Part shown: positions 12,602 through 24,191 of the stretch, in pieces
Numbering within the stretch: the stretch's first letter is position 1
Layout of the letters: each line of letters starts with the position of its first letter
NCBI RefSeq assembly: GCF_004010195.1
Contig: NC_057751.1
Coordinates: 2,244,464 to 2,308,463 of the forward strand
DNA length: 64,000 nt
Source: Chiloscyllium plagiosum
Taxonomy: Eukaryota
Direction: 5' to 3'
Translations under genes and position numbers: made by a program
Notes under the pieces: model-generated
What the model saw: the letters and a program-made list of their open reading frames with translations, nothing else
Databases searched by the model: none
What the model was told of the DNA's origin: nothing

Positions 12602-12820
12602 AGGAGAAAATGAGGATGCCAGATGCTGGAGAGTCAGAGTCGAAAAGTTTGGTGCTGGAAAAGCACAGTAGGTCAGGCAGCATTCGAGGAGGAGAGTCGA
12701 CGTTCCAGGCATAAGCTCTTCATCACATTACTGATGAAGGCTGATGCCTGAAATTTCGACTTTCCTGCTCCTTGGATGCTACCTGACCTGCTGTGCTTTT
12801 CCAGCACCATACTTTTTGAC
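12602..12820. mobile_element. palindromic PLE-terminus unit with two degenerate hammerhead cores
   Basis: GTCGACGTTCCAGGCATAAGCTCTTCATCA followed by CTGATGAAGGCTGATGCCTGAAATTTCGAC; inverted arms; imperfect AGTCTTT duplication on both flanks. Confidence 0.8.
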
Positions 12821-13214
12821 GAATAGTCTTTCCTATGTCAGTTAGCAACTAATAAATGAGAGATCTTGGAAATGTTTAACATTACTCAGCAAAAACAGAA
12901 GGATGCAACAAGTCACATTATGCAGTTCTACTCTTGTGATCTACAGTGCACAAATTAGCAAAGATAGTTCCTTTCAATTTCTCCTCTCACTGACCATCTT
13001 CGCAAAAACTAAGACGACAATACAAAATTTTGTATTTTGACCCTGTTCAGAAAAGTCTTATTGCAATGGTGACATGACCTGAGAGTTAAATCTGTGCAAC
13101 ACCACAATTTCTTTGTTATGCACTCTTCAATTTGAAAATGGGTGCTTAAAAACCTCTTCACCGCCAAAGATTAACCTGCAGATCCTGTAGATATGAAACT
13201 AACTCAAAAACTGT

Positions 13215-13530
13215 GCACATTTTGGGAACACATTCCAAATGCAGAGTTGAAAGCCAGTGAAGAAAGAATGCCTCATATTTCTCGAGTACCTCGAATGTTC
13301 TCAGGACTTTACATCTAATTAAGTACTTTACAGCAGAAAATGCAGCAAACAACTTGCAAACTCCCAAAAACAGCAAGATGCTAATAACTAAATTATTCAT
13401 TGAGGGACAAAGAGTGGCCAGGATACCACAGCATACTCATCTTAATTTCTCGTCACCCTGCTCTGGTATCTTTTACAGCCACATGAGATCGCTGATGAGG
13501 CTGCCTCTATTTAATTTTGCAACCAACAGA
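13215..13530 (-). mobile_element. old SacSINE1-like DeuSINE fragment
   Basis: Degenerate similarity to the 4595-5052 tail and body (AAGTACTTTACAGCAG; GGTATCTTTTACAGCCAC). Confidence 0.5.
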
Positions 13531-14071
13531 CTATACATCACAACTTACAATATTAATTTCGATAGTAAGTACATTGTGCTGTAATTATAAAGGAGTAATT
13601 AATTCAAGGGTTTGTATACTGCTAGATAACCCTGATGTCACAACTGCAGGGGTCCTTCATATTTTAGTAGCAAGTGGATACATCTTCAAAGTTGTCTGAT
13701 CACTTAGTTGGAGTTGTCCTTCAGGCTCTCAGTAGTTCAGTGGCAGTTGGTTGCTTATGGGGAAAAGAAATTGAGTTGAGCTACCATTTCAGGCATGAGA
13801 AAAGAATATGGTCATGCGCATACCTTGGGGTTTCTTGTGATCAAATGGACTGAAGAGTATTGATCCAAATGTCACTGTTGTAATGTCGAAAACACAAAAG
13901 CTGCACACAGCAAGCTCCAACAAACAAGAATTGGATCATGACCAGGTCATCTATGTATATGCTGTGCATCAGAATATGGGAATTCAAGGATCATTTATAA
14001 TGGGAGTGTACATCAGAATATGGGATCATCACGTTCAGTCAGCTTCAGTGTGCTTGATAGTTATTTGATTT

Positions 14072-14973
14072 GCTGGAAAAGGACAGCAGATCAGCCAGCG
14101 TCCGAGTAACAGTAGAATTGATGTTTCATCATAAAGGCATAAGCCTTTCATCAGGTATCTGAAACATTGATTCTCCTGCTCCTCGGATGCTGCCTGACCT
14201 GCTATACTTTTCCAGCACCACACACTCGACTCTGATCTCCAGCATCGGCAGTCCTCACTTTCTAGGAGAAAGTGAAGACTGCAGATGCTGGAGGTCAGAG
14301 CTGAAAAATGTGTTGCTGGAAAAGCGCAGCAGGTCAGGCAGCATCCAAGGAGCAGGAGAATCGACGTTTCGGGCATAAGCCCTTCTTCAGGAATGAGGAA
14401 GATGTGCCAAGCGGGCTAAGATAAAAGGTAGGGAGGAGGGACTTGGGGGACAGGCGTTGGGAATGCGATAGGTGGAAAGAGGTTAAGGTGAGGGTGATAG
14501 GCCGGAGAGGGGGTGGGGGCAGAGAGGTCAGGAAGAAGATTGCAGGTCAAGAAGGCGGTGGCTGAGTCCGAGGGTTAGGACTGAGATAAGGTGGGGAAAT
14601 GAGGAAGCTGGAGAAATCTGCATTCATCTCTTGTGGTTGGAGGGTTCCTAGGCAGAAGATGAGGCGCTCTTCCTCCAGGTGTCGTGTTGCCATGGTCTGG
14701 CGATGGAAGAGGCCAAGGATCTGCATGTCCTTGGCGGAGTGGGAGGGAGGAGTTAAAGTGTTCAGCCATGGGGCGGTTGGGTTGGTTGGTGCAGGTGTTC
14801 CAGAGGTGTTCTCTGAAACGTTCGGCAAGTAGGTGGCTTGTCTCCCCAATGTATAGGAGGCCACATCGGGTGCAGCGGATACAGTAAATGATGTGTGTGG
14901 AGGTGCAGGTGAATTTGTGACGGATATGGAAGGATTCCTTGGGGCCTTGGAGGGAAGTCTTCACTTTCTCCTT
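14072..14973 (-). mobile_element. PLE 3' end (GIY-YIG) plus terminal foldback, 12-bp TSD
   Basis: ORF 14575-14964 (minus): FTCTSTHIIYCIRCTRCGLLYIGETSHLLAERFREHL; TSD GTTATTTGATTT at 14060-14071 and 14974-14985. Confidence 0.9.
14363..14390 (-). ncRNA. minimal hammerhead ribozyme core (PLE type)
   Basis: rc CTGAAGA-AGGGCTTATGCCC-GAAACGTC. Confidence 0.75.
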
Positions 14974-14985
14974 GTTATTTGATTT

Positions 14986-16230
14986 ATTGTTGTCTCATGT
15001 ACCAAGATACAGTGAAAAGTATTGTTTTACTTGGTAAACAGACAAATCATACCCTCCATAAGTACTTCAGGATAACAGAGCAAAATACAGAATACTACAG
15101 CGACAGAGAAGGTGCGGAGAAAGATCAACTCTAATGTATGAGAAGTCTGTTCACAAGTCTGATAACAGCAGAAAAGTAGCTGGTCTTGAACCTGGCAGTA
15201 CATGTTTTCAAACTTTTGTACCCTCTGTCCAATGGAAGAAAATAGAAGACAGTATGATCAGGGTGAGAGGGAGTCCTTGAATATGTCAGCTGCTTTACTG
15301 AGGTAGTGGCAAGTGTGGATAAAATCAATGGAAATAAGGCTGGTTTTCGTGATGAATTCGGCTGCCTTCAGAAGTCTGTAATTTCTTGCAGTCCTGGGCA
15401 GAGCAGTTGCCACACCATGCTTTGATGCAAATGGATAGGATGCCTTCTATGGTACATTTATAAACATTGGCAAGAGTCATTGTGGACATGCCTTCTGAGG
15501 AGGTAGAGGAATTGGTGTGCTTTTTTGACTGTAGTGTCCATTTGCATGGACCAGGACAGGTTGTTCTTGATATTCATTCCGAGAAATTTGAAGCTCTTGA
15601 CCACCTCCAGCTCAGGACCACCGATAAAGATCGGCGTGTCCCCCAATCTGCTTCATGAAGTGGATGACCAGTTTTGTTTTGCTGACAGTGAGGGAGCGAC
15701 TGTTATCTTTATGCCATCCCACTAATCTGTCTATTGCTTGGCTGTACTCTGCCTTTTCGTTGTTTGAAATCCAACCCACTCCAATGGTGTTGCAAATTTG
15801 TAAATGGAGTTACAGCTGCATTAGGCCACATGATCCTGAGTATGTAAAAAGTACAGGAGGAGGGTGCGTACACAGTGGGGCACTTGTGTTGAGGATTATT
15901 GTGGAAGTGGTGTTGTCACCTATACTTAATGATTGCAGTCTATGGGTCAGGACGTCGAGGATCCATTTGCACAACAGGGAGCAAAGACCCAAATCTCAGA
16001 GTTTGGAAACAAGTTTGATTGGGATTATGGTGTTGAAAGCTAAGCTAAAGCCAACAAATAGGTGTCTTTGTTATCCAGGGATGAGTGTAGGGCCAGGGAG
16101 ATGGCATCTGCCATGGATCTATTGCAATGGGCGAATTGTAGTGGATCAAGACAATCTGGGAGGCGGAAGTTGAAGTGTGCCATTATTAAGCTCACGTAGC
16201 ACATTATAATGATGGATGTCAGAGCCACCA
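14986..16230 (-). mobile_element. Rex1/Babar-clade LINE, 5'-truncated and degenerate
   Basis: Broken RT peptides LDPLQFA, CKWILDVLTHRLQSLSIGDNTTSTIILNTSAP, FKFLG..NNLSWS..VKKAHQFLYLLRR, HPDHTVFYFLP..RFKTSYFSAVIRLVN. Confidence 0.8.
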
Positions 16231-17134
16231 GAGTATTACTTCAGAGCATTTGGAGCAAGGCTTCTAAGAAAGCAAAGGATTGGTGTGCAAACTGAGAAAT
16301 TAAAGATTTAAAACCTTCATGACAGAGAAACAAATTTAAGAAAGCTGCAAGTCAGCAATATATGGAGTGGAACAAATAAAACATCTTTAGACATACTTGT
16401 TTCCTCAAATTCTGAATATTTCAATTTTTTAACAGAAAGATCACAAAAAATTCTTCAAACCATTTTATGATGCACAAAAATTTCAGCTGATGATACGCTT
16501 CTGAAGTGTCTCTGAATCTCCTCGTCAATACACAGGAATAGAAAGTCAACAAATCAGAGGTTATGGACAATCTTAAGTGAAAATGCAACATTTTGTTTTG
16601 TAATCAATGCTGAAAGAAACAAATGCTTGTCTATGTGCAATAGGTTCCATGTTTTCAGCCCACCTCATCCTGACTCTGCAATGCTTAAAGTAAAGGTGCC
16701 ATCTGGAATGTACAGAGATCTACAACTCCAGCAGGAATAGTGCCCAATGTCTTCAGGAGAGAGCAGTTTTTGAAAGGTAATACCAGTTGGAACAAGAATA
16801 CAGTGCACCCATTACTGGCCACCTGAACACAAGCTGCCTTTGCATACATGTACAATGAAAATAGGGGGTAGAGAGGGTAACAAGCATTAAAAAAACCTCC
16901 CATTTAAGTTGCACTTTTAAAGCAGTTAAATGTCGCAAGGTACCACAGTAGAGAACTATCAGACAAAATCTGAAAATGAGTCACAAGCCAAGATATTTGA
17001 TTAGATGACCAGAAGGTTCATCATGAAGGGTGTTTTTGAGGAGCATCTTATAGAAGGAGAACAAGTATTAAGGAGAGTTAAAGACTTCTAGAGTTTAGTG
17101 CATTGACAATAAAGGCTTAGTCACCAATGATATT

Positions 17135-17275
17135 CCTGTATTCCTGATGAAGGGCTTCTGCCCGAAACGTCGATGTTCCTGCTCCTCGGATGCTGCCTGA
17201 ACTGCAGTGCTTTTCCAGCACCACTCTCATCCAGAATCTGGTTTCCAGCATCTGCAGTCATTGTTTTTACCCTGT
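17135..17275 (+). mobile_element. PLE terminal fragment with intact hammerhead core (17144-17171)
   Basis: CTGATGA-AGGGCTTCTGCCC-GAAACGTC followed by the usual GATGCTGCCTGA...TTTTCCAGCA terminus. Confidence 0.8.
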
Positions 17276-19271
17276 TTTCATCAATGATAGTCTATCAAAT
17301 CTCATATTCTCAGATTTCAAACGTGTACTAAACTTTGACCACCGACTTTGTGAACAACAGCTCTGCAACACCTCCCTTAGTGGTCTGGTTCTAAATTAAA
17401 GTTGTTCTCAGATTGTTCTGCACCTTTCCATAGAAAATAGTTTTCTTCATCCACCCAAACAAATAATTTAAACATTTTCTATACTTAAATTAAAATAGCA
17501 CTGAATCTTCTCATCTGAGGGAATATAAACTTCATCTGTGAATCTTGTCCTCATTATCAAATCCTTTTAGCTGTAGTCCCATTTTCTGAATAAAAATTAA
17601 TTTACACACACTTGGGAAGGCACAATTAGTAGATTTGCAAAATGGTCTGACAGCAATTTCTGAGCATTCACAATGAATGCAAAGGAGATAAATGCAATTT
17701 CATGAAATATGTGAATGGATAGCAATGCATCTTCGAAGTCTGAATACATCCTATTTCACATTCCAGAGATGCCTTCCCAATCATTACTAAACTGAGCATG
17801 ACTTTCAACTGTGAGCTCTGTTCTCTCTCATGATAGAAAGTGGTAAGCTTCCTATAGATGGGTGCAAGCTGCACAAAGATGTGTTGCCTTTTATCACGCT
17901 CCTCTTGTATTCACAGTGGCATGGCCTGCTGCCTCAGGTTGCTCGTCAATTCAAGCAACTTCAAAAAGAGAAACCCGAGAGTAGCATATCCCCGGAGGAG
18001 CTTATTTGTGAAATTGGATAAAGATTCTCCCAAAATAACCTTTGTGCTAGCAAAGCTTTTGAAGAAGATAAAAGCACATGGTGCTTATGCAACATTAGTT
18101 TGTTGGACTGCTCTGCATTAAAAAAAATCAGCGACCTGTAAAAGACATTCTGAAGGCTGGAGTGAGTCAACGGGATGTAACAACAGATTTTATTCTGTCA
18201 TTTTTTTGAGAAATTGTAGTTTCAGTTATGTTAAGTCTGTCACTGGCTCAGTGGCTAAGGCACTTGAAGAGTTTAACAAGAAAAATACTTCAGAAAAACA
18301 GTAGATGCCACTTACTGACTAGAAGCAGCACGTTACAAAGCCAAAAGCACCACTTCATGGGTTCCTTTTGATGTGGCATGTACACGAGACAAAAATGATC
18401 CTTGAAATGTCATTAGAAAACTACAATCCAAATTATGCGATAACAAAAAGATCCTGACATTTTTGAGGGTGAAATTGACATGGCTAGAATTAGAATTGAA
18501 ACACAGAGCTAATCCAGACTATTTAATTCAGAGGAGTGGTATCTTGGATGGCTGATGAGATAGTGCTACAATGGAGATGGGAGGAATGTACTACCTTGCT
18601 CTATTTCCATGGCTCCATGCATCACAAAATAATAGTAATTACTTTACCCAATTCACAAAATAGACAAAAGTACGCTTTCTCCATTTTAAGCTTTGATTGA
18701 AAAAAATCCATCAATCAGGTTTCTTAATAAACTTAAAATTAGTGATTTGTAATGAAGCAAAATTTGTTCAATGAAGATGCAAAACAGTTTAACAGTTTGT
18801 AACATTAAAATATTATAATTTATCCCTCTCGATATTCAAACATATCTACACAGCAAATAAAAGAAATGTATTTTCCTCTCTGCAGAGGTTCACAAGAGAA
18901 CAAACATTTTTGGTAAAAAAAGGTTTTGTTCTTGAAAGCAGAATGGCAGATCTTGAGATGACTGTTAACTTGATATTCTGGCACACAAGATGTATGTCAT
19001 TTAACACATGTGGTTGTTTCTGGATACCTCTGCAGACATACTTGTTCAGGAAATATCACGGAACTCTTCTAGAGGCTTTACATGCAAAAACAGCTGGACC
19101 AGGATTCAAGCAATGACAAAGGACCAACAACAAGGGCTCCTTCCAGAAAGAGGAAAGCTGAGAAGATTCTTTCTTCCATCAGGGTTCTCCCCAACTACTG
19201 CAAACAGTATTCAAAGCAGAAATTGGAACCCAATAACAAAAGCATGCTATCTCCAGTCAACAAGTAGTTAC

Positions 19272-19370
19272 CTCCTGGGGTGTGTCTTGTTTTAAAATGT
19301 TCCCGTGTCATTTCACTGACGTCTCTTTGAAAAAAAACTCCCAGGTATCCACAATCCTTCAAACTCCAGT
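19272..19370 (-). other. putative exon (99 bp)
   Basis: Acceptor CTTAATTTTTGCAG and donor GAG|GTAACT; one open frame WSLKDCGYLGVFFQRDVSEMTREHFKTRHTPG. Confidence 0.4.
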
Positions 19371-20301
19371 CTGCAAAAATTAAGCATAACTTCGCAACAG
19401 TATCATGTGCAGTGTCTCCATGTGCACTTTCTCAATGGAAGTGGCTGTGGGTTTGGAAAGTGCTGTCTAAGGATCGTTGGTGAATTTCTGCAGTACATCT
19501 TGTTAACAGAACACAGTACTGCTACTGCACATTGTTGGTAGAGGGACTGAATGCTTGTGGATGCAGTGCCATTCATGCAGACTACTTTGTCCTCGATGGG
19601 TGTGAAGCTTCTTGAGTGTTCATGGAACTGCACCCATCAGGGTGATGGGGAGTATTCCGGCATGCTCCTGACTTGTACCTTGCAGATGGTGGACAAACTT
19701 TGGGGTGTCAGGAGGTAAGTTATGCATCGTATTTTAATACAACGGAATATAATATTCCAGTCCAAGCCTCTGACCTTGTCTTGTAGCCCTTGTATTTATA
19801 TGCTGAGCCCAGTGAAGTTTCTGCTCAATGGTAAGCCCCATGATGTGACAGTGGGGGAGTCAGTGATGGCAACACCATTGAATGAGGTTGTTGAAGTGTG
19901 TCTAATTGAAGATATTCATTAACCGGCATTTGTTTAGGTGGATGCCACTTGCAATTTAATGTATTTGAACATGGATTGTTTCAGTATCTGAGGAGTTACA
20001 TATGATGCTGACCTTATGATGTGTTATGACCTTCTGACCTTATGATGTGTTATGGACCACACTAGATCCCCCTCAGAATATATTAAGAAGGGAAACTGGA
20101 CCCTAATAATTTCTTATTTTAAAAATAAATGTCAGGTGCTGTGTTCCAGATGCAATTTGATTGGTCCAACTACTTAACATTAAGCAAAACACAACTTATT
20201 CAAATACTATCGTTAAATACAGACAAAAGAAAGAGCTTGGAATAACAATTTGATTCAAAAAGTTAATGAATAATAGATACAGCAACCATTACTAATTAAC
20301 T

Positions 20302-23300
20302 AGTGAACTGGGGGGGAAGGAAAGGGGAAAACAACAGGAAGTATGATGGTAAATAAAAAGGAAAACAACAGGTGAGCATGTGTGCAGGAGAATTTAACTA
20401 CATGGCAGACAATGAAAGAAGTAAAAAGGATAACTCAGAAGAGATTATCAATGAAGATGTAGGATTCCATAAAGAGGGTACAAAAACTAGCAAAAGGGCA
20501 CTTTACATGAATGCTCTTGGCATTTGTACCAAGGTAGATGAGTTAAAGGCACAAATCATTGCGAAGGGATATGATTTAGTAGCCACGATGCAGACATGCT
20601 TGGACGATGGTCACAACTGGAAATTAAATATCCAGGGGCATCAGAGTATTTAGAAGGACAGAGAGGAAGGTAAGGGAAGTGGTGTAACTCTGACATTTAA
20701 AGATAACTTCAGGGCGGTGATGACAGATGATATAAATTCTATGGAGAAGAAGGTGGAATCCATTTGGGTGGAAATCAGAAATTCTCAGAAGAAGGGGATT
20801 TTAATCTACATGTTGATTAGTCGAACCAGGTCAGTCAGGTTAGCCTTCAGGAGGAGTCCATGGAATGTATCCGTAAGAGTTTGCTTGAACAGTACATAAT
20901 GGAACCAACAAGGGAGCAAGCTATCCCAGATCTGGTCCTGTGTAATGAGACAGGAATAATTAGTGATCTCATAGTTAGGGATCCTCTTGGAAGAAGCAAT
21001 CACAAGATGGCTGGACTTAGAATACATTTGGAAAGTGTGAAGATAAAATCCAAGACCAGGATCCTGTGCTTAAACACAGAAGACTAAAATAGAACCAGGA
21101 AGTGGTTGGCTAAAGTAGACTGGAAGTAAAGACTCAATGGTGGGACAGTTGATGAACAGTGGAGGACTTTCAAACCAATTTTTCGAAATGCTCACCATAC
21201 ATATGTACCAGTGAAAACGAAGGACTGCAGGAAAAGTGGTAATCTGCATGGGTAGATCCTGTTTTTTGGATGCTATCTGGCCTGCTGTGCTTTTCCAATA
21301 CCACACTTATGCTTGAACCCCACACTCCCAACCACAACAAGGTTAGGATCCCCCGGTCCTCACCTTCCACCCCATTAACCTTCAGATAAAGCGCATCATC
21401 CTCTGCTATTTCTGCCACCTACAATCAGACCTCACCACCAGAAATATATTTCCGTCCCCACCGTTATCAGCATTCCGCAGAGATCATTCCCTCCACAACT
21501 CCCTCATTACGTGCACACTCCCTACCAAACCACCTCCACTCCCAGCACCTTCCCTTTCCACCACAAGAGATGTAAAACTTGCGCCCACACCTCCCACCTC
21601 ACCTCCATCTAAAGCCCCAAAGGATCCTTCCACATCCAGCAGAGATTTTCCTGTACATCCAAACACCTCATCTACTGTGTCCGTTGCTCTCGATGTGTCT
21701 CCTCTGCATTGGGGGGACAGGACGCTAACTTGCAGAATGTTTCAGAGAGCATCTCTGGGACACGCGCACCAAACAACCCTACCCACCCTGTGGCTGACCA
21801 CTTCAATTCCCCCTCCCATGCCACCAAGGACATGTAAGTCCTGGGCCTCCTCCACCACCAAATCCTAGCCATCCGATGCCTCGAGGACAATACTTCACCT
21901 TCTGCCTTGGGACCCTCCAATCACACAGCATCAATGTCAATTTCATCAGTTTCCTCATCTCCCCTCCCCACCACCTCATCCTGGATCCAACCCTCCAACT
22001 TGGCACAGCCTTCTTGAACTGCCCTACCTGTCAATTTTCCTTCCGACCTATCCGCTCCAGCCTCCGCTGCAACCTATCACCATCACCATCACCATCATCA
22101 CCACCACCTACCAAATCACCTTCCCAGCTACCTTATTCCCCCAGTCCCACCCCTCTCCTATTTATCTCTCTCAGACCCCTTCCTCCCCCACTCCCCATTC
22201 CTGAGGAAGGGGTTATGCCTGAAAAGTCGATTCTCCTGCTCCTTGGATGCTGTCTGACCCGCTATGCTTTTCGACTCCAATCTGCCATGAGAGTCTAAAG
22301 GAAATAAGGGAGGCTACCAAATTGAAAGAGAAGGCATATAAAGTGGCCAAGATCAACGGGAAACTAGAAGATTGGGAAAGCTTTAAAGTTCAACAGACTG
22401 CCACAAAAATAGCTATAAAGAAAAGTAAGAAAGATGATGAGAATAGACTAGTTCAGAACATAAATACAGATAACAAAAGTTGCTATGAATGTATAAAAAG
22501 AAAAAGAATGGTTAAAATAAACATTGGCCCCATACAGGATGAGAAAGGGATATGAGGAAATGGCCGAGGCATTGAATTGTTATTTTGTGTCAGTCTTCAC
22601 AGTGGAGGACACGAATAACATGTCAGTAATTGACAAGGAGACCAAGGAAGGTGAGGACCAGGAAACAATCATTATCATGAACGAGGTAATGTTGGACAAA
22701 TTAATGGAGCTAAGGGTAGACAAATCTTCTGGCCCTGATAGAATGTATCCCAGGTACTAAAAGAGATGGTGGGAGAAATAGCAAATGCACTTGTGGCGAT
22801 CTTCCAAAATTCGCTGGAGTCTGGGGCAGTTCCAGCAGACTGGAAAACAGCAAATGTGATGCCACGGTTTAAAAAAGGAGGCAAACAAAAGATGGAGAAT
22901 TATAGATTGGTGAACTTAACTTCTATAGTGGGGAAAATGCTTGAGTCTATTATCAAGGAAGAATTAGCAAGCTACCTAGACAAAAACTGTCCTGTTGTGC
23001 AACAGAACATGGGTTCATGAAGGGCAGGTCATGCTGAACTAATGTTTTGGAATTATATGAAGACATTACAAACACAGGGGACAACGTGGACCCAGTGAAT
23101 GTGGTGTATCTAGATTTCCAAAAGGCATTCGACAAGGTGCCGCATAAAAGGTTGCTGCACAAGATAAAGATGCAAGGCATTAGGGGCAATATGTTCGCAT
23201 GGATAGAGGACTGGTTAACCAACAGGAAGCAAAGAGTAGGAATAAATAAATGCTATTTTGGTTGGCAATCAATGACGAGTGGTGTGCCTCAGGGATCAGT

Positions 23301-24191
23301 GATGAAACGATAATTAACCTCGATGATTTGGAGTTGGGACCACGTGCAGTGTGTCAAAATTGTGGATGAAACTAAGATGAGTGGTAGAGCAAAGTGTGCA
23401 GAGGACTGTGAAACTTTGCAAAGGGGCATAGTTTAATTGAGTGGGCAAAGGCTTGACACATGGTAAGAAATTGTAGCATGCTGCTGTGCAGAGAGACCTG
23501 GGTGTTCTTGTGCATGAATCATAGAAGGTTGGTCTGCAGGTGCAACATGTAATTTGTTGCTGAAGGGATTGAGTTTCAAAACAGGGAGGTTATGTTACAG
23601 CTGGACAGAGTGCTGGTGAGGCCACAACTGGAGTACTGTGTGCAGTTTTGGTCTCCTTGCTTGAGAAAGGATGACCTGGCAGAGGGAGTGCAGAGGAGGT
23701 TCATGAGGTGTTGATTCTGGCATTGAGAGGTTTGGCTTATGAGGAGAGACTGAGTAGACTAGGATTATATTCATTGGAATTTGGAAGAATGAAGGGGCAT
23801 CTGAGAGAAACATATAAAATTATGAAGGGAATATATAAGAGAAAAGGAGAGAGGACGCTTCCACTGGCAGGTGAAACTAGGACAATAGGCATAGCCTCAA
23901 GATTAGGGGGAGCACTTTTAGGACGGAATTGAGAAGGCATTTGTTCACCCAGAGGGTTGTGAATCTATGAAATTTCCTGCCCAGTGAAGTAATTGAGGCT
24001 TCCTTAGTAAACTCTTTTAAAGCTAAGACCGCTAATCTTTTTGAACAGTAAATAAATTAAGGGTTATGGTGAGAAGGTGGGTAAATGAAGCTGAGGCTAT
24101 GAAAAGATCAACCATGATCTTATTAAATGGTGGAGCAGGCTTGAAGGGCCAGATGGTCTACTCCTGCTCCTATTTCTTATGTTCTTATGTC
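20302..24191 (+). mobile_element. CR1 LINE ORF2 pseudogene (EN plus RT)
   Basis: ALYMNALGICTKVDEL (EN start), VPADWKTANVMPRFKKG..NYRLVNLTSIVGKMLESII, VYLDFQKAFDKVPH, SGVPQGSV; tail (TCTTATGT)n; many stops. Confidence 0.92.
21258..22278 (+). mobile_element. PLE 3' fragment inserted in CR1
   Basis: LIYCVRCSRC GIY-YIG remnant near 21670; degenerate hammerhead core at 22201; AATCTGC(C)ATG duplicated at 21241 and 22279. Confidence 0.85.
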